Of a DNA stretch of 64,000 nt, positions 23,044 to 32,735 are shown in pieces. Under the pieces are notes generated by a model. The model worked only from the letters and a program-made list of their open reading frames with translations, searched no databases and was not told where the DNA came from. Source of the DNA: Trypanosoma brucei. Its lineage: Eukaryota. Made by a program: the position numbers and the translations under genes. Numbering within the stretch: the first letter of the stretch is position 1; every line of letters starts with the position of its first letter. The DNA is taken from contig CM000207.1 in NCBI GenBank assembly GCA_000002445.1, positions 1,248,001-1,312,000 of the forward strand. Reading direction: 5' to 3'.

Positions 23044-24510
23044 ACCTCACCTCCTGAATCTTATTAGTAATGTGTAAACAAAAAAAGAAAGCATAGAATC
23101 ATTGCACTCAATGCTTCCATCATTGCATATTTTGAATGTTTGTAAGTAAGCTAAGCTATTATATTGTGCGTATATTTATATATTTTCTTCCCCTGGTAAA
23201 AGAGTAAGGAATGAGAAGAGCTTATTCAAGAAAAATACTGAAGTGTAGTGGTGAAAACAACAACTCTTGCAGCAACTGAAAGAGCAGTGAGCGTACAAAT
23301 GAATATGCTCATGCAATGCCTTCAACTTCACGCACGTTTAGCATAATGTGAGATACAGAGGCATCACTTAGTAGAAAAAAATAATAAAGTGTGGAATAAT
23401 AATAATAATAATAGTGGTAATTGTAATACCAAAGAAATAGAGGTTATAGGGGTGGCAATAATAGTAACAAATTTACTATATATGGAAAAGAAAGTGTCGT
23501 ATTCTCGAAAGTAATAAAGAGAGTAATAAGAAAAGGAAGAAGTGCAACACTGAATATTTTACTGGTTGAAACTGATTCGAAGAGAACATGGTATCAGTAG
23601 AGTTGTAGGTGCTTCTCAATTCAGTAAAATGGTTGTGACCACACAAATATGTTTTCCCTCTCATGCACAAACTCTCCTTCCTTTCCTCTTTTTATTTCTC
23701 ACTCATATGCCTTCATTTCCTTATCTTTTTCTTTGTTCTCACTTTTCTAAACCTTCACATCACTTCGTTACAAAGCCACTCAAATCTCGAACTACCAGTT
23801 TTGATAAATGCACCATGTCGAGTAAAACTTCCCCATGAGGACAGAAAACATGTTGACAAGAGGAGTGACATAATCATTCACTGGTTAGAGTCCACACTCG
23901 CAACAATGGAAAGAAATAAATCAGAAGTAAAACAACAAAGAGAAAAACAAATTATATGGAAACACCAGCTTTCCCATTCCTCTCTTATTGCCTCAATATA
24001 TCTTTCTTTCTTTCCTTTCTCCCTACAAACATTTGCCTCTTTCCTATACTGATAATTTATTGAGTTGGTTGCTGCTCACTTTGACACTGTGTAAAGGTTT
24101 CCCATGCCCATTTACATGGTGCCGCATTGCCTTCATTTGCTTCCAAACATTTTGCATAAGTTTGGACATGAGCTGCACAGGCACCGTTACCAACTTGTTG
24201 TGCCACCTGTTGCAACTCAGTGGGTTGTGCTGGCGGGGCATTGCGGTCGAAGAGCATATGTGAAATGCCGTGGCCAATGACGGAACCGGCTGCAACTGAT
24301 GCCACATTTCCAAGGAGACCGCTACCCATTCCACCACGCTGCACGTACACATTTGTTACCTGAGGTTGCGGTTGCTGAGCAGTTGTCTGGTGTGTGTTTT
24401 GATGATTATGTTGTTGTTGTTGATGTGGTGGTGGTGTTGTGCGTGCGGGTGAAGCCGCAGCGGCGGGGCGCGGAGATGAGGCTGAACGACGAGTGCGAGC
24501 CATTTTTGCG
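23044..24510. repeat. Terminal partial array unit (spacer + intact CHCH gene); array/unique-sequence junction near 24,420-24,510
   Basis: Homology to the first ~1.4 kb of each unit ends inside the CHCH ORF N-terminal coding region. Sequence beyond is unique. Confidence 0.8.
24057..24503 (-). CDS. CHCH-domain (CHCHD2/Mix17-like) protein, full-length terminal copy with Arg/Ala/Pro-rich N-terminus (MTS-like)
   Basis: 148 aa: MARTRRSASSPRPAAAASPAR..., a His/Gln-rich linker, the Gly-rich helix, then two C-x9-C motifs. The N-terminal 30 codons are unique sequence outside the repeat. Confidence 0.7.
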   Translation of the reverse strand: MARTRRSASSPRPAAAASPARTTPPPHQQQQHNHQNTHQTTAQQPQPQVTNVYVQRGGMGSGLLGNVASVAAGSVIGHGISHMLFDRNAPPAQPTELQQVAQQVGNGACAAHVQTYAKCLEANEGNAAPCKWAWETFTQCQSEQQPTQ

Positions 24511-24727
24511 AATATCTTACGGAAAACCTTTTTTTTTTACCGGTTAGGGATAAATATATCACTTGTGAGCACTTAATTTTCTGCGGAAATGTTTACCCCG
24601 TGTTCCCAATTAATGAAGAAAGCATGGACAACTGTGTGTGAAGTAGTTGTGGGTGGGGAGTGTCGACCAGTGTCGTTTCGCCAAAGCAGTTACGTGCATG
24701 TGCGAAAATTAGTAAATAATTATGTTG

Positions 24728-24732
<5 letters not shown>

Positions 24733-24760
<28 letters not shown>
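24733..24760. repeat. (TA)14 microsatellite
   Basis: Direct reading of the sequence. Confidence 0.95.
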
Positions 24761-24763
<3 letters not shown>

Positions 24764-25268
24764 ATGGCCTTGTGGAAGCGGTGTTTAAGGGGCCAGTAGT
24801 AGTTTGGAAGAAATGAAGCAATCGTCCAATAACAATTAAAAAAAACTCACACTTTTTTGTTTTATTTTAAAGGAAGACGAAGGAAACAATAATAATTAAA
24901 AAGGAACTTCCTCAAAATCGGTAATAAGCAACAGAATCCCTCCTCACACTCTAGGCCAACGCATCTAGTCAAGTGAAAAAGGAAGGGAAGGAAAAACTAT
25001 AATGAGCCACGTTAGAGACGTTACCCTGCTTCATTCTCTTCGCTTATTTGCTTCATCAAACCGGTGATCACTCACGTCCCCGTACACCTCTCCTTCTTTT
25101 CCTGTACTTATTTTTTTTTCCTTCTCAAATATCCCATTCTTCCTTTTCCTTTTTTGTTTTTCGTTTAAAATATTGTTGTGTGGCAACCGTGCATTTGATT
25201 AATGGCGAATACCTTACACTTCTCCCCTTTGCTTTTCCCAACTTTCCATACGTGGTGCTGTTGTTGCC

Positions 25269-25721
25269 TCACGCCTTGTTGGCGTATTTCTTTGTCCATT
25301 CCCGTGCAACCTTCATGGCTTCAGCTTCATTACGTTTCCATGCTCCTGCCACTTCATTGTCAAGCGGATCATCGGGGTTTGGACTGGCCATCAATAGTTG
25401 AATGCTGAGGAGTACTTGAGCAATTTGTAGCGCTGGGGACCATTTGTCTTTGATGACGTCGAGGCAAATGCGTCCCAACTTATCCACGTTGGGATGATAA
25501 ATACGTGTAAGAAACCGCACCTTCAATGGTACCATCGGGTACTCTTCCGGGAGGAAAAGTTCAAGTTCAAAAATGCCACCTTCATAACTGCTTTGTGGAG
25601 GGCCACGAATTGTCACATGGAAATGACGCGGGTTCTCAGGGGAGGGCGTTGCGGTAATGCCTTCCGGTGGGTCCTTCCGCATCTTTTCCGTTTCTTTAAT
25701 AATACGAGGTGTCAGCGTCAT
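25269..25721 (-). CDS. UBC13: Ubiquitin-conjugating enzyme E2, UBC13 (UBE2N)-like
   Basis: 150 aa. [26 protein letters not shown] active-site region (HPN plus catalytic Cys). Near-canonical UBC13 signature [22 protein letters not shown]. Confidence 0.9.
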   Translation of the reverse strand: MTLTPRIIKETEKMRKDPPEGITATPSPENPRHFHVTIRGPPQSSYEGGIFELELFLPEEYPMVPLKVRFLTRIYHPNVDKLGRICLDVIKDKWSPALQIAQVLLSIQLLMASPNPDDPLDNEVAGAWKRNEAEAMKVAREWTKKYANKA

Positions 25722-25789
25722 GTTGTTTGTTTGTTTGTTGTTAATAATAGTATTTGGTGTGCTTTTCCTTCCTTCCTTCCTTTGTTTGT

Positions 25790-25860
25790 TTCGGTAGAAG
25801 AAGAAAATTGTGACGCGAAGGGATTTTTAAAAAAAAAAATAACATAGAAGTGGTCAACGT
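25790..25860 (-). promoter_or_regulatory. Polypyrimidine/T-rich tract upstream of UBC13: candidate trans-splice signal
   Basis: Plus-strand gaagaagaaaattgtgacgcgaagggatttttaaaaaaaaaaataac is T-rich on the coding strand. Confidence 0.45.
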
Positions 25861-26655
25861 AAAGGAGGTTGGATAGTTCTGCCTGCCGCTGCTCGTCACA
25901 TCAAAGGAAAAAAAGGAAAGAGCAGCCCTGTGTAACGATGTAAAGTTGGGGAAAATCGAGAGTGATTTGGTGGTGGATGACAGCAAAATCCCACGCGTGG
26001 GAAAAATCCGGTCCGTAATATTTGAGGGTTCAAAAGCAAACAAATAAACAGAAAAGGGGAACATATCCTCGGAAGAGGAAAAAATAAAATAAAATAAAGA
26101 TGCAAAGGACAAGTGATCAAAAGCAAACAACAATGTTTATTAGCGTCGGAGTGTATAAATGTTTGGGATAGGGGAAGTTCATTTTTGCCTCCGCTTCTGT
26201 GTTTTCAGCGGACGCATCTGCAAAAGTCTAAACAAAATTTCCCCTTGTTTTGTTTCCCGCTTCGTTTTCGTCGTATCTCACCCCTTTACGCAACTCTGTC
26301 AGTGTGTTTTTGTTAGCCCCCACTTTCCTGCTCTCGGGGGTGTGTGTGGGGGGTTGCCACTATTGGCAAATGAATAAATAACTGAACGGATAATCCAATA
26401 ATTAAAAACAATAAAACAAAATAAGTTTCAACAATGAAAGCACGCAGCGGTGAGATGATGAAAACATACAGAAAGAAGTCTGGGAATTGTGGACCCATCC
26501 GAGGTGTGAGGAAGAGGATAAGAAGAAGGTAAGAAAATGGCAAGAAGAGTGAAGGCGCGTATATAACAAACACAATTGAAAAACTAAAATAGGAGAAAAC
26601 ATATAGATAAATTAGGTGAGGTGAGTTTTTCAAACATCAAACGATATCACTCCGT

Positions 26656-28269
26656 TCACTGTGTTGACGGGGGATGGAACACATCCCTCACCAGCACTGC
26701 AGCCATCGCCAACATTTCACGCTGCGCCGTGGTATCTGCTACACGCAGCGGGGTCCGATTACTCCCTGCTGCCGCTGGACCAATGTGAGCAGCCGCCCAC
26801 CCACACGTGATGGCGTTGCTGGCAACCGCGAGTGCCGCACCGAAAAGAGGATGATGTTGAAGCCATTGACACAAGGTTCCTCGCACCTCATGAGGTTGGC
26901 GTACATCTTCGAGAAATATCGGTTCCCTGCGGCATTCCCTCAGACAAGAATCAGTTTCACCCCAAGGGGTGCCAACTGGGTTCTGCGAGTCGTCTCCTTC
27001 AGTTTCGTCCATCAAAAATAGCAAGACACGTTCACTGGATATCAGCAACTGCTGAAGCTTTGTTTCGTAGCATGAATGAACTCCTCTCGCGAAACCGTTG
27101 TCGCGACGGGAGTGACCCACACGCAGAGCCCACTCCTCCTCATCCGCATGCGCGGCTGCCAAAAGTTCAATGGCAACTCGCCACCACCGCGGTGGAGCCA
27201 CGTATAAGCCTGTTGACTTTAGCACAACTGCCTCCAGTCGCAACACTTCGCTAGAACTAAACACGTGTTGATCGAAGAAATGCTTATCCAGTATGGTAAC
27301 GAGATCCTCAACATCCGCGTTGACGTCTGCGTATTTCCAACTTATTAGGAGGCAGGCACTCATAAAAAGGAGGTGGTCTCGCGCCGTCAGGTCACTAATG
27401 GTTTTGCCACTGCCCTGCTCGTTGAGCGCAAACGCGTGATTCGCCAGCAACTGCAATGCCGTTATTGGCACCTCAAGAGCGTTTTTCCAAGACTGGTCGT
27501 ACCGTTGGAGTCCTAGCAGGAAGCTGAAGCCCATCAGCAATGCTGTCGCTGCAACCTCTCGTTGTTGCTGAAGCAACCAAACCAAAGCGGTGCTAGCCGC
27601 AGTTTGCTCCCGCTTGATTTCACCGCTGGCTAGTGAAAGGACGCTATCTGTGGGGAAGAGACGCAATTTTATAAAGTCATATGCTCGAGAACCTTCTTGC
27701 GGCACTGAGGACCCTTCCTCGCAACTTTGTGACGTCATTGCTGCAGCGACCTCATCAGTATACCACCGAAATGCGGAACAAAGGGACGGAGACATGTCTG
27801 TTGCTGTAGTGAATTCGGCTGGTGCATGAAGTGCCCATCGTGTGGGCGCCACTCTGGAACGAAGCAGGAATTGTTCATCTTCCCAATGCGCTCGTTGACT
27901 GTGCTTTCGCACACTTGTTTTTCCGGTGTCATTTGCATGATGATCAGTTGAAACCGCTGTCGTAACGGCTTTGATGCCTTCTGGTGGCATGCAGAGATCG
28001 CCTATCCGCGAATAGTCTGAACCTGCAGTTGCCGCATTCGAAGAATTGTCTGAATCACTAGGAGATAAGTTACTCCTCCCCACTTTCGCGGTAACAATTG
28101 GTGAAGAAAAACGGGGCACCTTTACTGGTGCGGTGCCGCCGACTTTTCTACTCGTTGTCATCCAATCGTCCCTATCAGGGGTATTTGCCACTGCACGACA
28201 ATGAAGCAACTGCTCGCTGAAACCACAAACTCTCTGCCTCTGGTTGGTCATGCCTTTCCTCTTCATCAC
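26656..28269 (-). CDS. Cyclin-fold protein (cyclin-like), with a ~200 aa Ser-rich N-terminal extension
   Basis: C-terminal half matches the cyclin box pattern: LQLLANHAFAL...LLFMSACLLISWKYADVNADVEDLVTILDKHFF...EVLRLEAVVLKSTGLYVAPP. Confidence 0.6.
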   Translation of the reverse strand: MMKRKGMTNQRQRVCGFSEQLLHCRAVANTPDRDDWMTTSRKVGGTAPVKVPRFSSPIVTAKVGRSNLSPSDSDNSSNAATAGSDYSRIGDLCMPPEGIKAVTTAVSTDHHANDTGKTSVRKHSQRAHWEDEQFLLRSRVAPTRWALHAPAEFTTATDMSPSLCSAFRWYTDEVAAAMTSQSCEEGSSVPQEGSRAYDFIKLRLFPTDSVLSLASGEIKREQTAASTALVWLLQQQREVAATALLMGFSFLLGLQRYDQSWKNALEVPITALQLLANHAFALNEQGSGKTISDLTARDHLLFMSACLLISWKYADVNADVEDLVTILDKHFFDQHVFSSSEVLRLEAVVLKSTGLYVAPPRWWRVAIELLAAAHADEEEWALRVGHSRRDNGFARGVHSCYETKLQQLLISSERVLLFLMDETEGDDSQNPVGTPWGETDSCLRECRREPIFLEDVRQPHEVRGTLCQWLQHHPLFGAALAVASNAITCGWAAAHIGPAAAGSNRTPLRVADTTAQREMLAMAAVLVRDVFHPPSTQ

Positions 28270-28768
28270 TCCGTGTCTCTGCTATTGCGCGTAGCTTTTG
28301 ACTGATACCTTAAGCAAACGCTCTCTCCTATCCCTGCGGGATGCTCTGCCTAACTGTTGACAATCAATAACAGAAAAATAAAATAAAAACGAAGTAGCCT
28401 TTGACCCACCATCGTATAATGGTGGAGTGGGTAAAGGAGTTGAAGCAAAGTATACCACAGCAAACAGGATTGAGGAAGGGTGATGGAATTGTTAGACATG
28501 AAAAACCCATTCGCCTAACCACAGACGATTGAGTGCCACTTCGGCACAGCACCTCTTGCACGAGTCAATACACCACTCGCTTCATAAGGGACAGATTTAG
28601 CACTTTCCCTCTGTGTCCAAGTGCTTCCAAGACGCAACCCTCGTAGTTCTACTACCGTCACATATCCAGTCCAGTAGGTTAACCTTCAATTTGATCCCAT
28701 AAATCAACGTGAGTTCCAGTAGCAGCATGCACGACCCCAATGGCAATACCACCAGCGGCCGACTCTCT

Positions 28769-31471
28769 TCAATGGCATATGAGAAACGACTCCAACTGCT
28801 GTCGAGTATTGTTCATGAAGAGACTTCCTGTCAGTGGATTCCTGTATGGCGACGGTTGGTTCCCGCAGTAGGATATCCCTAGCTCCCTATCTGAAGTTTC
28901 TTCCAAATGCCGCGCAAGGCGCCGTCCAGCACACGTTAATCCTACCGCTCCCCAGCAGTTAGAGACCCCATCGGATGTAGTAAAAAAATACCGCGGGTGA
29001 CATACAACAAGTAGAGGAATCAGAGCGGGGTCACCGATGTGATCCCGGATAAACACCCGAATATCAATTGGTAGTAGCGTTCGGAGCACTGCGAATGAGA
29101 GGCAAGAGCCGTCGCCGCTACCGTCACCTCTATTGCTTTCGTCTGATTCATCCACATCATCTTCAAAATCCATCCCAATTTCCTCCGCCCGGCGCAACAA
29201 CTCCCGATGGAGGCAACACATGACCTCAAGAACCAACTTTGCTGGAAGCTTTTTCCTACTGGCCAGCGGCGGCTCCCCCGGTGTGGCGCGTGCACGAATA
29301 TACAACACTTGCCTGCCCCCTTCCGTTTTGTAGCAACCGTCAACAAACCTGTTGAACACAATCAACTTATATTTAGTCGCATTATCACCGCACGCCCCAC
29401 AGCCACTGTCCACTTTCGCCCCGATATGTGAGCCGGTCCGTTGGGCACTGCACTCTTCATATGGGAAGAAGAGACATGCAATGTTTTCTTTAATTTCGTT
29501 TTTAACAAGCGGAGACACGCGGCCCTGAACTTCCCCAATAAGCATTGGGTGCAGTGCTTCGTGCTGCCTAGTGGTGAAATATCGCATCAGGTGGCGCACA
29601 AAAGCTATGTTGGCACACGCCCCCATGGGGTACATTGCGCACGAAGGGGCGGCGACAATATCTTCACCCAGCGGCTGTACAAATAGCCTCGCCGATGGAA
29701 GTTGCTCCAGTTTCTCATAAACAGCAGCTTGCAACCCACAAAAAAGACGATCCAACATGTCTACGTTTTCCTCAGGGTCGGGCGCAGTCCCTTGCCAATA
29801 AGAAACAAAGCTCCACCACGGACGTTCGTCGACAACCAACCGACTCACTGGGGCATCTGCGACTTCTCCCTCATCACTCAATTCCCTCAGCACGACACTG
29901 TGAGGCAGTCGCCCTGTTGGGGGCATGTCCCCCTTTGCAGTAACTTGTGCTTCCGGCACTGCACAAAGTCGACGGCGAAGGAAAAGTACACCAATATCGG
30001 ATAGCGCTTCGTTTGATGACTCAAGGTGTGGTGATTGCCTCCCCTGGTGCTGAGTCTTGCGCTGCTGGCACTCAGCCAAAGGCCTCCCCCAGCACCACTC
30101 CACACCTAGAGTGCTGAGCGCTGACAGAAAAGCAACTTCTCGACGACGTCGCACGTCCTCACGATTCAACACGAAAAGAGAGGTGAGTGATGGGTGTGCT
30201 GCCAAAACACGGTTCCGCACCGCGGCAAAGTCAACAAAACCGTGGCCGTCGCTGTCAACTGACATGCCAGTAGAACTCACGGGGATTGTTTGAATGAACT
30301 GCAGCAGCGGCAAAAGACTCTGTGAAAGACGATAGCGTTCCATTGATGAGGGGGCGATGATTCGCTCCCCCATATGCATTACGGTGTGAGCTTCACCAAC
30401 AGGAGGAGAAGGAGCAGAGTTGACGGGTACGTGGTGTGACTGGGTCGGTGAAGCCGCTTCGCTTCTCACAGTAGTCGATTCAGCCCCCCTTGCGCTACCC
30501 ATTCCACAACCATCCCTCACACGCACAACAGAACCGTTGCTAGAAAACGCAAACAGCTCACACTCGTATACCAGCAAAAGCCGTTTGATGTCATTGGACA
30601 ACTCGCGGCGTGTGAAGCTCGTTGCAGCGTGGCTTAGCGACGCACGATGAATGACTTTTAGTGGCACTGGACGCCTCTCACCGCAACCATTCGAAGCTTC
30701 CAACGTGCGCACGAGCGCAGCGATTTCAGTAGCCAACTCCCGCACGCCGGGTCTAACACGGATCACAAGTTTCTCGTCTGCGCCTCTGCTTTCAGGACTG
30801 ATTTTCCCATCAAGTGATGTTCGGGACGAAGACGGCGATAAGGTGAACACGCATGTACTCTGAATTCGACTCGTAAGGAGCTGCTTGTTGTGTTCCACCC
30901 CAACCCCAGCTCCCACTAATCGAACAGGAGATCCGGCGCCAGGAACCAATCGCGAGAGCAATGGCTGAAAATGTTCTTCCATGTATTCCAATGGCACTGG
31001 CGGATAAAAAGGCGCGCTTATCGTCACACCGCCCCACGTGTCAGCAGTTGTGGTTGCAATTGCTTCACCCAAATCCACCCCTTTCCCATTCGCCATTTCA
31101 CGCTGTTCGTTGAGATGCCGTCGATACATCACTAGCACCGCCGCAACCTCGGTGGTTATTTCCCCAGCATCGAGCAAAGGTGTTCCCACGGCGGGAAGTG
31201 GCCCTGACAGAACATTTGGTGGTGATGATGTAACGGGTTTTGTGGTCTGTGGTTGTCGCTGTGGTGGCGGGACCATGTGCTTCACAGATGATGCCACACT
31301 TGCTCTTGGCCCCTTGCTAAATAAAATTGCGCTCTCACTGTTCCTCCCACTGAAACTCGACGAAGCCAACCGTGCTTCCACCATTGGAGAATCAAAAATA
31401 AGCCCTACACACCGATGGACGCACGGGCGGCATCCCGCTAGAGGTTGCCGAAGTTTCAATAAAACCTGCAT
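28769..31471 (-). CDS. Hypothetical protein, 900 aa (orphan)
   Basis: Uninterrupted 2.7 kb minus-strand ORF in the same polycistron. No domain recognised by eye. Confidence 0.7.
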   Translation of the reverse strand: MQVLLKLRQPLAGCRPCVHRCVGLIFDSPMVEARLASSSFSGRNSESAILFSKGPRASVASSVKHMVPPPQRQPQTTKPVTSSPPNVLSGPLPAVGTPLLDAGEITTEVAAVLVMYRRHLNEQREMANGKGVDLGEAIATTTADTWGGVTISAPFYPPVPLEYMEEHFQPLLSRLVPGAGSPVRLVGAGVGVEHNKQLLTSRIQSTCVFTLSPSSSRTSLDGKISPESRGADEKLVIRVRPGVRELATEIAALVRTLEASNGCGERRPVPLKVIHRASLSHAATSFTRRELSNDIKRLLLVYECELFAFSSNGSVVRVRDGCGMGSARGAESTTVRSEAASPTQSHHVPVNSAPSPPVGEAHTVMHMGERIIAPSSMERYRLSQSLLPLLQFIQTIPVSSTGMSVDSDGHGFVDFAAVRNRVLAAHPSLTSLFVLNREDVRRRREVAFLSALSTLGVEWCWGRPLAECQQRKTQHQGRQSPHLESSNEALSDIGVLFLRRRLCAVPEAQVTAKGDMPPTGRLPHSVVLRELSDEGEVADAPVSRLVVDERPWWSFVSYWQGTAPDPEENVDMLDRLFCGLQAAVYEKLEQLPSARLFVQPLGEDIVAAPSCAMYPMGACANIAFVRHLMRYFTTRQHEALHPMLIGEVQGRVSPLVKNEIKENIACLFFPYEECSAQRTGSHIGAKVDSGCGACGDNATKYKLIVFNRFVDGCYKTEGGRQVLYIRARATPGEPPLASRKKLPAKLVLEVMCCLHRELLRRAEEIGMDFEDDVDESDESNRGDGSGDGSCLSFAVLRTLLPIDIRVFIRDHIGDPALIPLLVVCHPRYFFTTSDGVSNCWGAVGLTCAGRRLARHLEETSDRELGISYCGNQPSPYRNPLTGSLFMNNTRQQLESFLICH

Positions 31472-32735
31472 TTCCTCCTTTTATTGGTGTCCTCTGAGCC
31501 CACTACCTGGCAACCTGTGAGCGACCAAATGCCAAGGGGTCAGGAAATGTCGGCTTTCCGTAAAGGAGGAACGAGACCAACGGGGAAGAAAGGGAGGAAA
31601 TTGCATCTGTGCTGAAGCCGATGATGAGAAACAAGCGCGCCAGTGCATTCCTCCGTGAGAAGTGTCAGTTAGGTCGCAATTACTTGAAGTAAAGACTTCT
31701 CTTCCCCCCTCATTGGTAAGGGTGATCGAGGGGAGAAGGGGAATCCTCTCAAGGTACAAGCAGACGCACGAAACCAAATAAGTGCGTAATTATGCCAGAC
31801 TTCAGCAAATCTTTGCCAGCGGAATTCAATTCAATTATGCACCTCCTTTTGGTCCACCCTTCTGGTGTACAAAGAATTCACCTCCTCGAGTTAACCAACC
31901 ATCTCGCGGTCCGTGAAGTTGCTTTTTCTTGTGGTGGCACATGTGGAAAAAAAAAATTTGTCCATGCGAGGAGAGAAGGTACCCAAATAAAAAATTAATG
32001 TAAGCTCAAACGGATCCGTCGGCACCTCACATAACATCCTGGAAACATTCCGCATGATGCGACACGCCTTAACTTTGAGGTTGAGCGCAGAGATTGCCCA
32101 GTTGCGTTTCTCCCCCCCCCCCGCCGCCCTGTTGTTAAGTTCACCGGGGCTTTACGATCGATAACGGGTCCATGCAAACGATAGCAAACACAATCGGGTG
32201 TTGCGTTGCCTTCAGTGGTAAATATGCATACATACACACACACATATATATATATATCGAATCAATCATGGCCACTTATATACTCGCTTCGACACCGGGG
32301 ACTGCGATACAATGAGCGACGAAACACTTTTTAACCCTTCGCATGCTAGCCGAATGTTGTACAGGCTCAAATGACGCTGCATCGTGTGTTGAGACAACGG
32401 AGCTTTGACTCATCGGACGTTTCCAACGTGGGGTGTTCTGCAGTTCATTGATAGAAAAAGTTGTAGGAGCAAGGAAAAAAGAATCGAGCTCCGGCCTGCT
32501 TCAACGGAGCATTCAAAGAGCATCACAAACCAAACAGGGCGAAAGGAAATGCAAAGCATAACGGTTTAAACCCCCACAGTGACATGGTTTGGGTGGGTGA
32601 TGATAGAGCAGCAGTTGATTGAGCCAGTCGTTGACGGACGGAAAAATGAAGTCGTGGGGAGCAAGCTTGCAGCAGTGTTTGCTTGGTAACAACTGGGAGG
32701 AAGAATAGCACAAAGTACCATCTGTACACTTGAAA

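Noticed and set aside
1-24500. Possibility that the array proteins are ESAG6/ESAG7 transferrin-receptor subunits or VSG-related
   Set aside because: Only the architecture (GPI-anchored plus anchorless paralog pair) is analogous. Size (~300 aa), Cys pattern and coiled-coil character do not match the VSG-fold ESAG6/7 as far as I can recall their sequences. I kept this as an analogy only.
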